From: Gekko japonicus
Taxonomy: Eukaryota
NCBI RefSeq assembly: GCF_001447785.1
Contig: NW_015162057.1
Location: forward strand, 32,515-91,948
DNA: 59,434 nucleotides
Reading direction: 5' to 3'
This document shows, one piece after another, positions 47,897-59,434 of the stretch. The notes under the pieces are model-generated. The model was not told the origin of the DNA. It saw only the letters and a list, made by a program, of their open reading frames with translations, and made no database searches. How positions within the stretch are numbered: position 1 is the stretch's first letter; every line of letters starts with the position of its first letter. Made by a program: the position numbers and the translations under genes.

Positions 47897-47947
47897 GACT
47901 TCCTAAAATACAGTGAAAAGGCTGGACTGGAGTGTTCAGAGACAGAG
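47897..47947 (+). CDS. KALRN: Kalirin DH2 exon DFLKYSEKAGLECSETE
   Basis: ttcctgtag| acceptor, |gtatgt donor; 51 nt, phase 0/0. Confidence 0.95.
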
Positions 47948-48666
47948 GTATGTTTGTTGTATTCAGATGGTAATTTTAAGCAAGTTGGAGAGGAAATGGA
48001 ATGAAAACTTTTTTTTCTTCATCATTCTCAACATACTTATTTCTTATGCTGCCTTGTTTTCCAGTGATGTTAGATGCAAAAGTGACTGAAGTTGTTAAAT
48101 TTAACATCTAGTTTTATGAATAACAGTTTATATTGCCATGTATCTCGAGAGCGCAACCCTGAACATATTTACTCAACGTAAATCCCACTAGATTCAGTGG
48201 AACTCACTAGTGTCTTTATGATGCCGGTTGGAGTGCTTGCTTTAAATCTTCCTTCTGGTATTGAAAATTATCACAAAAGAAAACTAGGTGAGATCTGTAG
48301 CATAACTTTAAGAGCATGTGTTGGAAAGGACACAGTTCTGATGCCAGTGAGGAACCTGTGTGGCTTTTGTGTAGGCCGTTATTTCTCAGATGCTCAGGTT
48401 AGGGAAAAGGTGGTCTCCCTATACACGTGATCATAAAATGGCAGTGCTAAAAGTAATTGACACCCTAGGTACATTGCACTCTGACCATATGGTTAGGTTG
48501 AGTCACCTGTAATAAGGAGTAGCTTTGCTTACACCTCTCCACAATACATGCGCTTTCTCTCTGTGGCCTGTATTCCATGGGTTGAATGATGGTGGTAGGG
48601 ATAATGTATGGGTGACCCCACTAAAATTATTTCCTCCAATTCTGATTTCCTTTTTCTTTTCAACAG

Positions 48667-48744
48667 AAAGCTGTGGAGTTAATGTGCCTTGTTCCTAAAC
48701 GCTGCAATGACATGATGAACCTGGGCCGCCTTCAGGGGTTTGAG
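48667..48744 (+). CDS. KALRN: Kalirin DH2-PH2 junction exon KAVELMCLVPKRCNDMMNLGRLQGFE
   Basis: tttcttt-caacag| acceptor, |gtacaa donor; 78 nt, phase 0/0. Confidence 0.96.
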
Positions 48745-49884
48745 GTACAAGTGCAAATCACCCTTAATGAAAACTGGGTCCCAGTGGGGAAGCCCTATTC
48801 ATTTTGGTGGGTTTTTAAAAACCACAGGACCCTGAAGCTGTGGTTAGGGTATGTGCTAGGGGATGGAGAAGTGAACTATTAGCAGTTTCTGATCTGAATT
48901 TTGTCCTCAGAAGGAATTTGTGGTCATTCGCCTTGGGCCGTCTCATGTTTAATGGCTTCCTGTGTGGCTGTTCCAAATACCAAGCTGGCATAGACCTTAT
49001 CTCAGCTCTTTCCAATTAATCCTATAAAACCAGTTTATGGATAGTGTCCCCACAAGGGTAAATGGATATTTTCTAAACCCTTGATTTGTTTTAGGTTTAC
49101 ACACACACTTCAATGGTGAAACTACCTTTTTTGCTTTCTTATGTCATCATTGTGAACCTTCAGTCTTCTGTCTGCCCGTTGTCATCGCTCAAATTGAAAA
49201 TTATTTTTTCTGTATTTTAATGCATACAGTAAGTTGCGTTCCTGTAAAATAATGCACATATTGCTGATCTGTCGGCAGACAAATGTTGGGAGCTCTATAC
49301 ACTTGATGTGGGAATATTTGGTGCAAGGAAAAAAAAAAGAGTGAGGATGTAAGTGCAGACACTGGATTGCATTCCAGGTTCTGATTCATATGAATAGAAT
49401 CTGTACCTTTGTGGGAAATCTTGTGTTGCCCAATTTCACATCATAAAGTGATTGTGCAAATTGCATTTCCCACATGCATAGCTGGCGAATTCCCATTCGG
49501 TGTGAATGGAATGCAGCCTAACGTCTGCAGATGACTAAAGGTGCATGGGTTTTGTCTAAATAAGAAACAAAATTGTAACAGGAATATTTTGATCAAGCCA
49601 AGCATACAAAATTTGGCAGTATCCTGAATGGAAAAACACCCTCAACACAGACAGTATCAGGCACACACATCACAACTGCAGCAGCATTTTTTTTTGGGGG
49701 GGTGCAGTGCCATGTTAGGTTAGGCTGTAGTTTCATTAGTGCCTGGAAGACTAGTGGCTAATATGCCATGTGGCACTTAATCCAAGCATGCGCATCAGAG
49801 ACCCTTTGAGGAATCTCCTTTTGGGTAACAGTTGATAGGTATCGAAGGATTTTCAACATCTCGATCATGCTGCCTGTGAAAAAA

Positions 49885-50402
49885 GGTTAAAGCGCTTGGG
49901 GCACTTTATCCTGGAGGAACGACGGCTGAGGGGTGACATGATCGAGGTTTATAAGATTATGCATGGGATAGAGCAGGCCGAGAAAGAAGTACTTTTCTCC
50001 CTTTCTCACAAGACAAGAACTCGTGGGCACTCCATGAAATTGCTGAGCCAGTCGGGTTAGAGCAGATAACGTCTTCACCCAAAGAGTGATTCACACATGG
50101 AATTCGCTGCCATAGGAGGTGGTGGCGGCTACAAGCATGGACGGCTTCAAGAGGGAGTTAGATAAATATATAAAGCAGGGGTCTGTCAGTGGCTATTAGC
50201 CACAAGGTATAGATAGGAACTATCTATGCACTGTATTCTTGGTTCCTGGGGTGGGGGGCCAACAGTGGGGGAGCTTCTAGTGTCCTGGCCCCACTGCTGG
50301 ACCTCCTGATGGCACCTGGTATTTTTGGCCACTGTGTGGCAGAGTGTTGGACTGGATGGGCCATTGGCCTGATCCAACATTGGCTTCTCTTATGTTCTTA
50401 TG
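49885..50402 (+). mobile_element. CR1 LINE 3' end
   Basis: RRLRGDMIEVYKIMHG-type ORF2 end, then 3' UTR and (TTCTTATG)n tail; same family as 58172-59420. Confidence 0.88.
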
Positions 50403-50427
50403 TCTTGTCATTTAACCTCTCTCGTAG

Positions 50428-50613
50428 GGCAAGCTGGCAGCCCAAGGGAAGTTGCTGCAGCAGGATACATTCTATGTAACGGAGCAGGATTCTGGAGGGC
50501 TCTCTCGGCCGAAGGAACGCAGAGTTTTCCTCTTTGAGCAAATAGTCATCTTTAGTGAACTTCTTAGGAAAGGATCTTTAACACCTGGGTATCTTTTTAA
50601 ACGGAATATAAAG
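50428..50613 (+). CDS. KALRN: Kalirin PH2 exon GKLAAQGKLLQQDTFYV...KERRVFLFEQIVIFSELLRKGSLTPGYLFKRNIK
   Basis: ctctctcgtag| acceptor, |gtaaga donor; 186 nt, phase 0/0. Confidence 0.97.
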
Positions 50614-51384
50614 GTAAGAGATTCATAAGTGCCTGTGGTCAGTGGCAAGTTTCTTGTGTCGCATGGCATGCTCCCTTGAGTCATTCTGAGGGCTTTACTT
50701 AAAAGTACATCTTTTTGATTCTTACTTTTTGGTGCATCGGATAATAAAAGGTGGTTACGGAGGATCCTGCTTCAGTGGAGAAGGTTCAAATAAAGATGGC
50801 AGTAGAACCTTTCCAGGCCTATCAGTCTGTGAAAAGATGACCTTGTCTAACTTGGGTGATGTCTAACAGTGATGAGCCAGAGAAAGCTATGAGATGTATG
50901 TGCGTGGATTGTGTATGCATCATTTCATGTCTACTTGCAGGGGATAAAGAGATAATTATGAAAGTGCCCCTTCGCAGTGGGAGCAAGACAACACATCTCC
51001 ACAAATATTTGTAGTAGTAATACTGTGGTCTTTTTGTATGTGCAAAACTGAACTGGAAGGAACTGAATTGAGGCAAAGGAGTGCTTTCCCTGACTTCTGT
51101 TTCCTCATTTGAGATTGTTCCCCCTCCACCCTGTGGCACTTTCTCCCCCACAGGGTTCCAACTGCAGGTTTGCAAGAGTGCAAATAAGATGAAATTGGGG
51201 ATATGCATATTAAGAGTTAACAGGTAGGAACAGGGTGGTTTACTATACCCAGTTTTGGAATGACTTTCCTATGGAGGTCAGGACTTTTTAGACTTGCAAG
51301 ATCCAATTATTTCAGTTAGTTATTGACAGCTGAGTTTGATTTGATTGGGGAGCTCTTTTGAGTGCTGCTATGTTTACATCGTTT

Positions 51385-52098
51385 TTGGGGTTTTTTGTAA
51401 CAAAATTTTTATTCAGGATATAATTAATCAAAATCAACATTCAGTTTTACATTTAAACCCGTTACATCCTACCCACCTCCCTTCCCCCCCCCTACATGGC
51501 TTCCCACAGTGCTACGACCTCCTGTATATTGCTTAACCTTTTCTCCTCCATCCGTTTCCTCATTACAAGTTCACTAGGTAACTATTATTCTACTATTACA
51601 ATTATATCTCTTTTCTTTCATGATACTAAAAGTCAATATTCAATAGTTATTAAAGCAAAATAAATTGTCTCTTACATCCCAATATTTTTTCCAGATAATC
51701 TTTTAAATCTCTCCAGTCTTTATAGAAATCTTCTGCTTCCATGTTATTAAGTTTTCGAGTCATCTTGTCCATTTCAACCGAAAACAATAACTAATATGTC
51801 AAACAAATGTTGGAAGTGCAAAAAGGTTGGGGGCTCGTTTTATCATATGTGGTGGACTTGTGAAAAAGCAAAAAAAAAATTGGAGTGAGATTCATGCAGA
51901 GATGGGAAAAAATGTGAAATGTAAATTCAAGAAAGAACCAGAAATATTACTTTTGGGACTAAAATGGAAGAGGTCGATGTGGCGAAAGGGACATGGATGT
52001 GGTATATGATAACAACAGCCAGAATGACCTATGCTCAATGTTGGAAACAAGATGAAGTCCCGAGAGTTGAGGATTGGATCAAAAAGTTATTGTTTTCG
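51385..52098. mobile_element. 5'-truncated, 5'-inverted L1 insertion (twin priming)
   Basis: TSD GCTATGTTTACATCGTTT (51367-51384 and 52099-52116); 3' part on the minus strand (51385-51792); inverted ORF2 zinc-knuckle part on plus (51793-52098; [21 protein letters not shown]). Confidence 0.88.
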
Positions 52099-52799
52099 GC
52101 TATGTTTACATCGTTTGTGATAGCGATGTAATTATAGTCTTTTAGCCTTGGAAGAGTGGTACACACCAGGTAAATTAAGCACGTGTTTGCAGCCCGGCAG
52201 CCACCTGAAGGGATTTGAAAGAGGAGATACTGAGCAGGCGACAGATTAGGTGCCTTCCTCCTGCTGCTTCTCTGCTCCCAGTTGCCTTGTCTTGGTGGTT
52301 TGGCATGCACAAAAAGGGCCCTTGTGTTGCTATTCAGTAATCTGGGTCTATGCTGGATTGAGACTGTTCTAGCTGTGCATAAACATCACTGCAGGTATAA
52401 AGTGGTATTTCTTTCTTCTGAAATTGCCTTGGGGCTATCCTGAAGAGTCACATGACTGCTGCTAGAAACCTGACTGCTTGTGGCAGGCAACTCTCTGAAA
52501 TGGACCTAGAGGAGAACAGGACACTGGTTACCTAGCAGAGCTAAACAAGCCATCACTTTAGACAAAAGCTAGATTCTCTATGTCAACCCATAAAGAGTGA
52601 TCAGAGACTGTTGTGGAACTGCCAAGTCAGAAAAACTATTTGTAGAAGGTTCCTCGATACACACTTAAATTCTTTGTTTTCAGGCATCAATGCAGATGAT
52701 AACTCCCCAGCGCTCGCTCTTGGGGAGTTCTTTGCTGATGGTCATATTTATTTGCAAGATGCAAAAAACCCCAGTTTTTTTAAAAAAAATTGCAATAAT

Positions 52800-53093
52800 T
52801 TTGGTGTAGTGGTGAAGTGTGCAGACTCTAAACTGGGAGAACCGGGTTTGATTCCCCACTCCTCCACTTGCACCTGCTGATGTGACCTTGGGTCAGTCAC
52901 AAGCTCTGGCACAGCTAGCTGTCCTTGAAAAAGAGCAGTTTGTGTCAGAGTTCTCTCAGCCCCACCCACCTCACAGGGTGTCTGTTGTGGGGAGGGGAAG
53001 GGAAAGGAGTTTGTAAGCCGCTCTGAGACTCCAAGTGAAGGGCGGGGTATAAATCCAATCTCTTCTTCTTCTCTTCTTCTTCTTCTTCTTCTT
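52800..53093 (+). mobile_element. Squam3-like SINE
   Basis: Nearly identical to 29242-29546; (TTC)n tail. Confidence 0.85.
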
Positions 53094-53412
53094 GTACTGT
53101 AGCTGGGTTTTGCTGATCACAAGCAGTGTTGACCATAATAGCATTGCCTTTTAAAGAAAGCAATAATTCAGAGCTGGGATACTTAACGTAGCATGTGAAG
53201 AACAATGCCGAAAGCCAAGTGTTCTTTGACGATGGGATGTGACTCCCACATAATTCCTTTTCTGGAAAGGCAAACTTGCGGCTGTTTTGGTTTCGGACTG
53301 CCTCGACAAGGCCATTTTTGGGTTTGCTGCTATACGAGTAATCTGAGCGTGACTCTTTCCTCTTAATTTGCTGCTGAGAACTGGCTCTGAGCTTTTTTCT
53401 GTCTGTTTTCAG

Positions 53413-53584
53413 ATGACTTACCTAATTCTTGAGGAGAATGTGGACAACGATCCCTGCAAATTTGCTCTGATGAGCCGGGAAACGTCAGAGAGGCTCATCT
53501 TGCAGGCAGCCAATCCTGAAATCCAGCAAGCTTGGGTGCAGGACATCAATCAAGTTTTGGACACACAAAGGGATTTCTTAAATG
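53413..53584 (+). CDS. KALRN: Kalirin PH2 exon MTYLILEENVDNDPCKFALM...QQAWVQDINQVLDTQRDFLN
   Basis: ctgttttcag| acceptor, g|gtaggg donor; 172 nt, phase 0/1. Confidence 0.97.
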
Positions 53585-53711
53585 GTAGGGACTTTATATC
53601 TGTAATAGCAAAGCCAACGTGCCTGATAAATCTGTTCTTTTCCCCACCATTCTTGCTGCAGGTCTTTCGCATCTCTGTCTCACACATTTACTTACTGCTA
53701 GCTTCTCTTAA

Positions 53712-54053
53712 GGAGCTGCGGTGGCTCAAGTGGTTAAGACGCTGAACTGCAGGCCGTGGAAGGTCAGTAGTTCAGCAGTTCGGGACCCGGGTGCCATGTG
53801 ATGGATTGAGCTCCTGTCTCTAGTTCCAGCTCCTGCCAACCTAGCAAGAAATTGCAAGTAGATAAATAGGTACCACTTTGGTGGGAAAGTAACAGCGTTC
53901 CGTGTGCCTTGGTGTTTAGTCATGCCGGCCACATGACCACGGAAATGTCTTCGAACAGCGCTGGCTTTTCGGCTTTGAAACGGAGATGAGCACTGTAACC
54001 CTAGAGTCGGACTCGACTGGCTTTCGAGCAAGGGAACCTTTACCTTTACCTTC
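53712..54053 (+). mobile_element. Sauria-type tRNA SINE
   Basis: A and B boxes, ACCTTT tail; TSD AGCTTCTCTTAA. Confidence 0.88.
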
Positions 54054-55265
54054 AGCTTCTCTTAACATGGAACGTGATAGGAGTTGCTAGATATATATTT
54101 AACAGTTATTTGTTTTAAGAATAGACTCTTAACTGAAATACTTACTTCGCTTTTTAAGTTACCTAGCTAAATATTCCACAATGTGGCCTCTATTTTTGTT
54201 GGCGAGACCTGTGAAAAGACCCTGTTGCTGGTGTGGAAAGTACTAACCTTTTTGCTATTTACTATTCAAAAACTCTTCTTCTTCGCTACCTTGCTAAGCA
54301 ACCAAGGCAATTAAAATATCCCAGAAGGTTGTTTAAAGTCTTAAATTTTGGAACACATGCAAACCTGTCTTTGGGCTGCCCGTCCAAGTAATGACTTGGC
54401 ATCTCTCACAGAGCCTTGGACTCAAGGCTGTTGTGAAGTCTCTTACTAGAATGTGCTATCAGCCTACTATGCACAGATGTTTCCCCTCACTTTCACTGTG
54501 TGTGTGTGTCAGGTTTTCTTTGTCGTTCTCCATTGATTTTCCTCCCTTCAGTGCTCAGTTTGCTTTCTGGTCGCTGTTTCCCTGGGTTTTCTGAGGGCGC
54601 TTTTGTGCCCATTTCCCCTTGGTTTGCTTCCAAGCTGAAGGTAATCCAAAAGTGTACAGATTCCCATGGATTTCCCCCCCCCCCCTTCATTTTTAAATTT
54701 AAAAAATTTTTTTTACAAGTGGCGCGAGTCGCTAGTCTTGGTTCGCCGAATTAAAAAAATTAAATGACGGGGAAAAGTTTAAAAGGAGCTGTGCAAGGTT
54801 TAGTTCCCTACTGGTATTGACTTGAAAGGGGGATCAGAGAGGAGGCAAACAGCAGCATCCACAGTGCAAAACACCCCAAAGGATTTCAGTGCTGCATGCA
54901 AGCAAAATAAAGGGGGGGGGATCATCAGTGCGGAATGAAATCGACATGAGATGTAAAGAGAGAGAGACACTGGGATGGGAAGCCTAAAGCTTTGAAAACA
55001 TTTTCCCCTTTAATGGTTTAGTGAACAAAGTTGGGGGGGGGGACCATTTTGGCATTTTCCGGAAGCCTAACACTAAAAAGGCGGCTAAGCCACATGGACC
55101 TTCTGCAAACTGCCCAATATACCGGGGGGGGGGGACCATTTTGGCATTTTCCGGAAGCCTAACACTAAAAAGGCGGCTGAGCCACATGGACCTTCTGCAA
55201 ACTGCCCAATATAAGTATGGCTTGGAATCGATCCATTTGGAGGAAACAGTGCAATCGGCACACGG

Positions 55266-55511
55266 GAGAGCCAGTTTGGTGTAGTGGCTAAGTGTGCGGA
55301 CTCTAATCTGGAAGGACCGGGTTTGATTCCCCACTCCTCCACTTGTAACTGCTGATGTGACCTTGGGTCAGTCACAAGCTCTGGCACATCTGTTCCTGAA
55401 AGAGCAGTTTGTGTCAGAGTTCTCTCAGCCCCACCCACCTCACAGGGTGTCTGTTGTGGAGAGGGGAAGGGAAAGGAGCTTGTAAGCTGCTCTGAGACTC
55501 CTTTGGGTAGT
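55266..55511 (+). mobile_element. Squam3-like SINE, cut by gap
   Basis: Same head and body as the 29242 copy. Confidence 0.8.
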
Positions 55512-56380
55512 NNNNNNNNNNNNNNNNNNNNNNNNNNNNNNNNNNNNNNNNNNNNNNNNNNNNNNNNNNNNNNNNNNNNNNNNNNNNNNNNNNNNNNNNN
55601 NNNNNNNNNNNNNNNNNNNNNNNNNNNNNNNNNNNNNNNNNNNNNNNNNNNNNNNNNNNNNNNNNNNNNNNNNNNNNNNNNNNNNNNNNNNNNNNNNNNN
55701 NNNNNNNNNNNNNNNNNNNNNNNNNNNNNNNNNNNNNNNNNNNNNNNNNNNNNNNNNNNNNNNNNNNNNNNNNNNNNNNNNNNNNNNNNNNNNNNNNNNN
55801 NNNNNNNNNNNNNNNNNNNNNNNNNNNNNNNNNNNNNNNNNNNNNNNNNNNNNNNNNNNNNNNNNNNNNNNNNNNNNNNNNNNNNNNNNNNNNNNNNNNN
55901 NNNNNNNNNNNNNNNNNNNNNNNNNNNNNNNNNNNNNNNNNNNNNNNNNNNNNNNNNNNNNNNNNNNNNNNNNNNNNNNNNNNNNNNNNNNNNNNNNNNN
56001 NNNNNNNNNNNNNNNNNNNNNNNNNNNNNNNNNNNNNNNNNNNNNNNNNNNNNNNNNNNNNNNNNNNNNNNNNNNNNNNNNNNNNNNNNNNNNNNNNNNN
56101 NNNNNNNNNNNNNNNNNNNNNNNNNNNNNNNNNNNNNNNNNNNNNNNNNNNNNNNNNNNNNNNNNNNNNNNNNNNNNNNNNNNNNNNNNNNNNNNNNNNN
56201 NNNNNNNNNNNNNNNNNNNNNNNNNNNNNNNNNNNNNNNNNNNNNNNNNNNNNNNNNNNNNNNNNNNNNNNNNNNNNNNNNNNNNNNNNNNNNNNNNNNN
56301 NNNNNNNNNNNNNNNNNNNNNNNNNNNNNNNNNNNNNNNNNNNNNNNNNNNNNNNNNNNNNNNNNNNNNNNNNNNNNNNN

Positions 56381-56589
56381 TTTCCCTTCCCCTCCCCACA
56401 ACAGACACCCTGTGAGGTAGGTGGGGCTGAGAGAGCTCTTTCTAGAACTGTCCTTGAGAGAACAGCTCTGACAGAACTATGGCTTTGCCCAAGGTCATCC
56501 AGCCAGGTGCAAGTGGAGGAGTGGGGAATCAAACCCCGTTCTCCCAGATTAGAGTCTGCACACTTAACCACTACACCAAACTGGCTCTC
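56381..56589 (-). mobile_element. Squam3-like SINE, cut by gap
   Basis: Reverse complement of the family head. Confidence 0.8.
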
Positions 56590-57663
56590 AGAGATTGTGT
56601 GACTCCCATTTTTCAGTGGCCAATAACACAGCAGAGAAATCCACTAGTGCTTAGCCATATGAAAAAATGGGTCTTTTCAGCTGCTTGTCAGTTTCAAAAA
56701 AGGTCTTGTCAGTTTTGACATTAGTTTCCCCCCCATGCCTGCATTCCTTTCTATTCCCTTTCATTCAAGGAACTAACACTAAAATGCATATGCAAAGCCT
56801 GAACCACAGGGATTTAAATGGAAGATGCTTGCTGGATGCTACTGCGCAGTTGCGATAGAACAATCACATGATTTTTTCAAAAAAACAAACCTTTGGATGC
56901 CACCCCCCATACATCACAAAGGGGGGGGGGACCATTTTGGCATTTTCCGGAAGCCTAACACTAAAAAGCTTGCTGGATGCTACTGCGCAGTTGCGATAGA
57001 ACAATCACATGATTTTTTCAAAAAAACAAACCTTTGGATGCCACCCCCCATACATCACAAGTGATGTGCCACCCTGATTTAGAAAAGTGCATTTTAAAAA
57101 TTGTAGCTGATCTCAAGTCAGGATCAAAGTCTGAAAATCTGCAATAAGATATTCAAGTCATCCCTTGGTGAATGTTTATAATCACCTAGGAAGCTAACCC
57201 ATCAGTGTTGTTCTTACAGAACTTTGCATGAACAGTGTGGTACATTGCCACATGAGATGTGTTTCCCACCAATACTTAATCAGTTGCTTTGCATGGTTTT
57301 TTTAAGTGTCTAGGTGTAGCTGCTGTTCCAAGTCAAATAGCAGAGTATACGTTGCTTCCATCATCTGTGTTGAGAGAATGAAGTTGTACCCATGAACTCT
57401 GAAGGCTGTAAGCTGCAGTGGTGGATGTTGCACTCTCTTTGCTCAGCCCGCCCTTGCAAATGTACCTTCCCCTCATTGCATCAGGAGGAAGTTTTGGTGT
57501 TTCCCAGTCATATAGCCATCTCGTATTTTCTAGTTTTATTCTAAGGGCGTTGCCTTGCACGATGCTGTTTGTTTGCGATCAAGTGAGTCTGATGCTTCTT
57601 GTGTGAGGCAATGCGGTGTTGCAAATGGGGAGTTCTATACTGACACCTACTATTCTGCTCCAG

Positions 57664-57905
57664 CACTACAGTCACCTATAGAGTATCAGCGCAAAGAGAG
57701 CAGCACTTCTGCAGTCATGAGACCCCAGACCAGCAGGGTACCTCAGCCCATCACCAGGCCGTATTCCTCAGGTGCAGTAGGGCCTGACAAGCCTTTGAAG
57801 GCTACAATTCGTAACCCGTCTCTGCCACCTTTGAAGATATCTACCTCCAATGGCAGCACAGGGCACGAGCAGCACCAGCCTGGGGACAAGTATGAACAAA
57901 GCAAG
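57664..57905 (+). CDS. KALRN: Kalirin exon (A)LQSPIEYQRKE...LPPLKISTSNG...PGDKYEQSK (PH C-terminal extension and Pro/Ser linker)
   Basis: ttctgctccag| acceptor, |gtacgt donor; 242 nt, phase 1/0; completes the FLNALQSPIEYQR helix shared by the Trio-C/p63RhoGEF/kalirin GEF2 modules. Confidence 0.95.
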
Positions 57906-58171
57906 GTACGTCTCTCATTCAGTACTGACCATGCTTCCTTGCACCAGACAGTAATTCTTATCGTTTTACATTTGGCTGCATACTAGTCCGTCCTGTGACA
58001 AAAGTATGAAAACAAACAAGCATAAGAGATGCTCAGATAGCCCAGTCTTCCATCTCCCCTTGAAAATGAGTGGCAAATGTGCATAATGCAGTCCCTATAT
58101 ATATGTACGTGTATGAGAACCTGCCTTGGAAGTGTGTGGCTCTGAGCAGATGATGCATGGGGGTGTGGAAG

Positions 58172-59420
58172 GGAAGGGAACTGAAAACAAATCAGCCAGT
58201 ATCATTATGCCCCTGTATAAATCAATGGTGCGACCTCATTTGGAGTACTGTGTACAGTTCTGGTCACCACACCTCTATAGCACTGGAAAAAGTGCAGAAA
58301 AGGGGAACTAGAATGATAAAAGGGCTGGAACATTGTCTCTATGAAGAAAGGTTGATGGGTAAAATACCATTTTTGCCTGAAATATTATTACTAAACATAT
58401 TTCCAAAGGAGTTTGATAAAGGTGATAGATATTTGATAGTACACCTATCTACTGCAGCAAGAATATTATATGCAAAATATTGGAAACAAATAGAAACACC
58501 AAAGAAGCAAGAATATGTGAATAAACTGTTGGAGACGGCTGAAAATGACAAATTGTCATTGTTGATGAGAGGGACAACAGACCCAACATTTCAAAAGACG
58601 TGGAAAAAACTGTATGATTGGTACAATATAAATGCATAACTTAAAGTAATGAAATTTTTGCTATTATTAATATTTTTTAGTTAAATAGAAACTATGGTAA
58701 AAAGATAAGAGTATACAGAAACTTAAGCAAACTTATAGAAATTCTTTAAATATGGTAATAGAGTTATAAGATAATATACTGATCTCTTTGCATGTTTTAT
58801 GTGTGTAAGTGGATGTTTGTTATGTAGTATGTTTGTTGGTATATAATATGAAAAATAATAAAAGTGTACCTTATGGGTACTTAAAAAAAAGAAAGAAAGG
58901 TTGATGGGTGACATGATCGAGGTTTATAAGATTATGCATGGGATAGAGCAGGTAGAGAAAGAAGTACTTTTCTCCCTTTCTCACAATATAAGAACTCATG
59001 AACACTCAATGAAATTGCTGAGCAGTCAGGTTAGAACAGATATTTCTTCACCCAAAGAGTGATTAATACATAGAATTCACTGCTACAGGAGGTGGCGGTG
59101 GCTACAAGCATGGACAGCTTCAAGAGGGAATTAGATAAGCATATGGAGCAGAAGTCCATTGGTGGCTATTTGCCATAAGGTATAGATAGGAACTCTCAGG
59201 CTTCGGCAAGTGATNNNNNNNNNNNNNNNNNNNNNNNNNNNNNNNNNNNNNNNNNNNNNNNNNNNNNNNNNNNNNNGTGGGAGGGGTTCTAGTGTCCTGG
59301 CCCCACTGCTGGACCTCCTGATGGCACCTGGTATTTTTGGCCACTGTGTGACAGAGTGTTGGACTAGATGGGCCATTGGCCTGATCCAACATTGGCTTCT
59401 CTTGTGTTCTTATGTTCTTG
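58172..59420 (+). mobile_element. CR1 LINE 3' portion interrupted by an L1 insertion
   Basis: [37 protein letters not shown] (CR1 ORF2); resumes at 58893; TTCTTATG-type tail. Confidence 0.88.
58361..58892 (+). mobile_element. 5'-truncated L1 inserted into CR1
   Basis: ORF2 end (STAARILYAKYWK...AENDKLS...FQKTWKKLYDW), AATAAA, A-tail; 17-bp TSD AAGAAAGGTTGATGGGT. Confidence 0.88.
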
Positions 59421-59434
59421 TATTCAGCATTTCC

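Noticed and set aside
55085-56571. Long ORFs of 305-438 aa
   Set aside because: Artefacts of translating an N-gap.
21151-57905. Assignment to TRIO or ARHGEF25 instead of KALRN
   Set aside because: Linker peptides (GWGEDEPDEESHTPLPPPMKIFDNDPTQDEM, ELLRKGSLTPGY, LPPLKISTSNG) match recalled kalirin, not its paralogues.
58157-58639. 160-aa ORF
   Set aside because: Chance in-frame fusion of CR1 ORF2 and an inserted L1 ORF2 end; not a host gene.

Overview
Eukaryotic (vertebrate) genomic DNA from a draft assembly with 8 N-gaps. The repeat content (Sauria-type tRNA SINEs, Squam3-like and 5S-derived SINEs, L1/L2/CR1, hAT MITEs) points to a squamate reptile, probably a gecko (inference). The window lies inside the + strand KALRN (kalirin RhoGEF) gene. 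I traced 14 phase-compatible GT-AG coding exons (21151-57905) covering the post-SH3 linker, the whole second DH-PH (RhoA GEF) module and the following Pro/Ser-rich linker; bases 1-21150 are one large intron. The best leads are: (1) a candidate alternative terminal exon (23337-23609) encoding a 90-aa hydrophobic tail, probably a Kalirin-8/Trio8-Solo-type membrane-anchored isoform; (2) a TSD-flanked, polyadenylated, ORF1-only 'half-L1' element; (3) a TSD-flanked fold-back Penelope-like insertion with a degenerate hammerhead ribozyme; (4) a tandem duplication of a KALRN splice donor that creates a cryptic 14-nt frameshifting microexon; (5) two near-identical duplicated blocks at gaps, likely haplotypes, one pair differing by a MITE versus a Helitron-like insertion. 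I found no prokaryotic-type system such as CRISPR or an operon. Family names and orthologue comparisons come from recall, not database searches.
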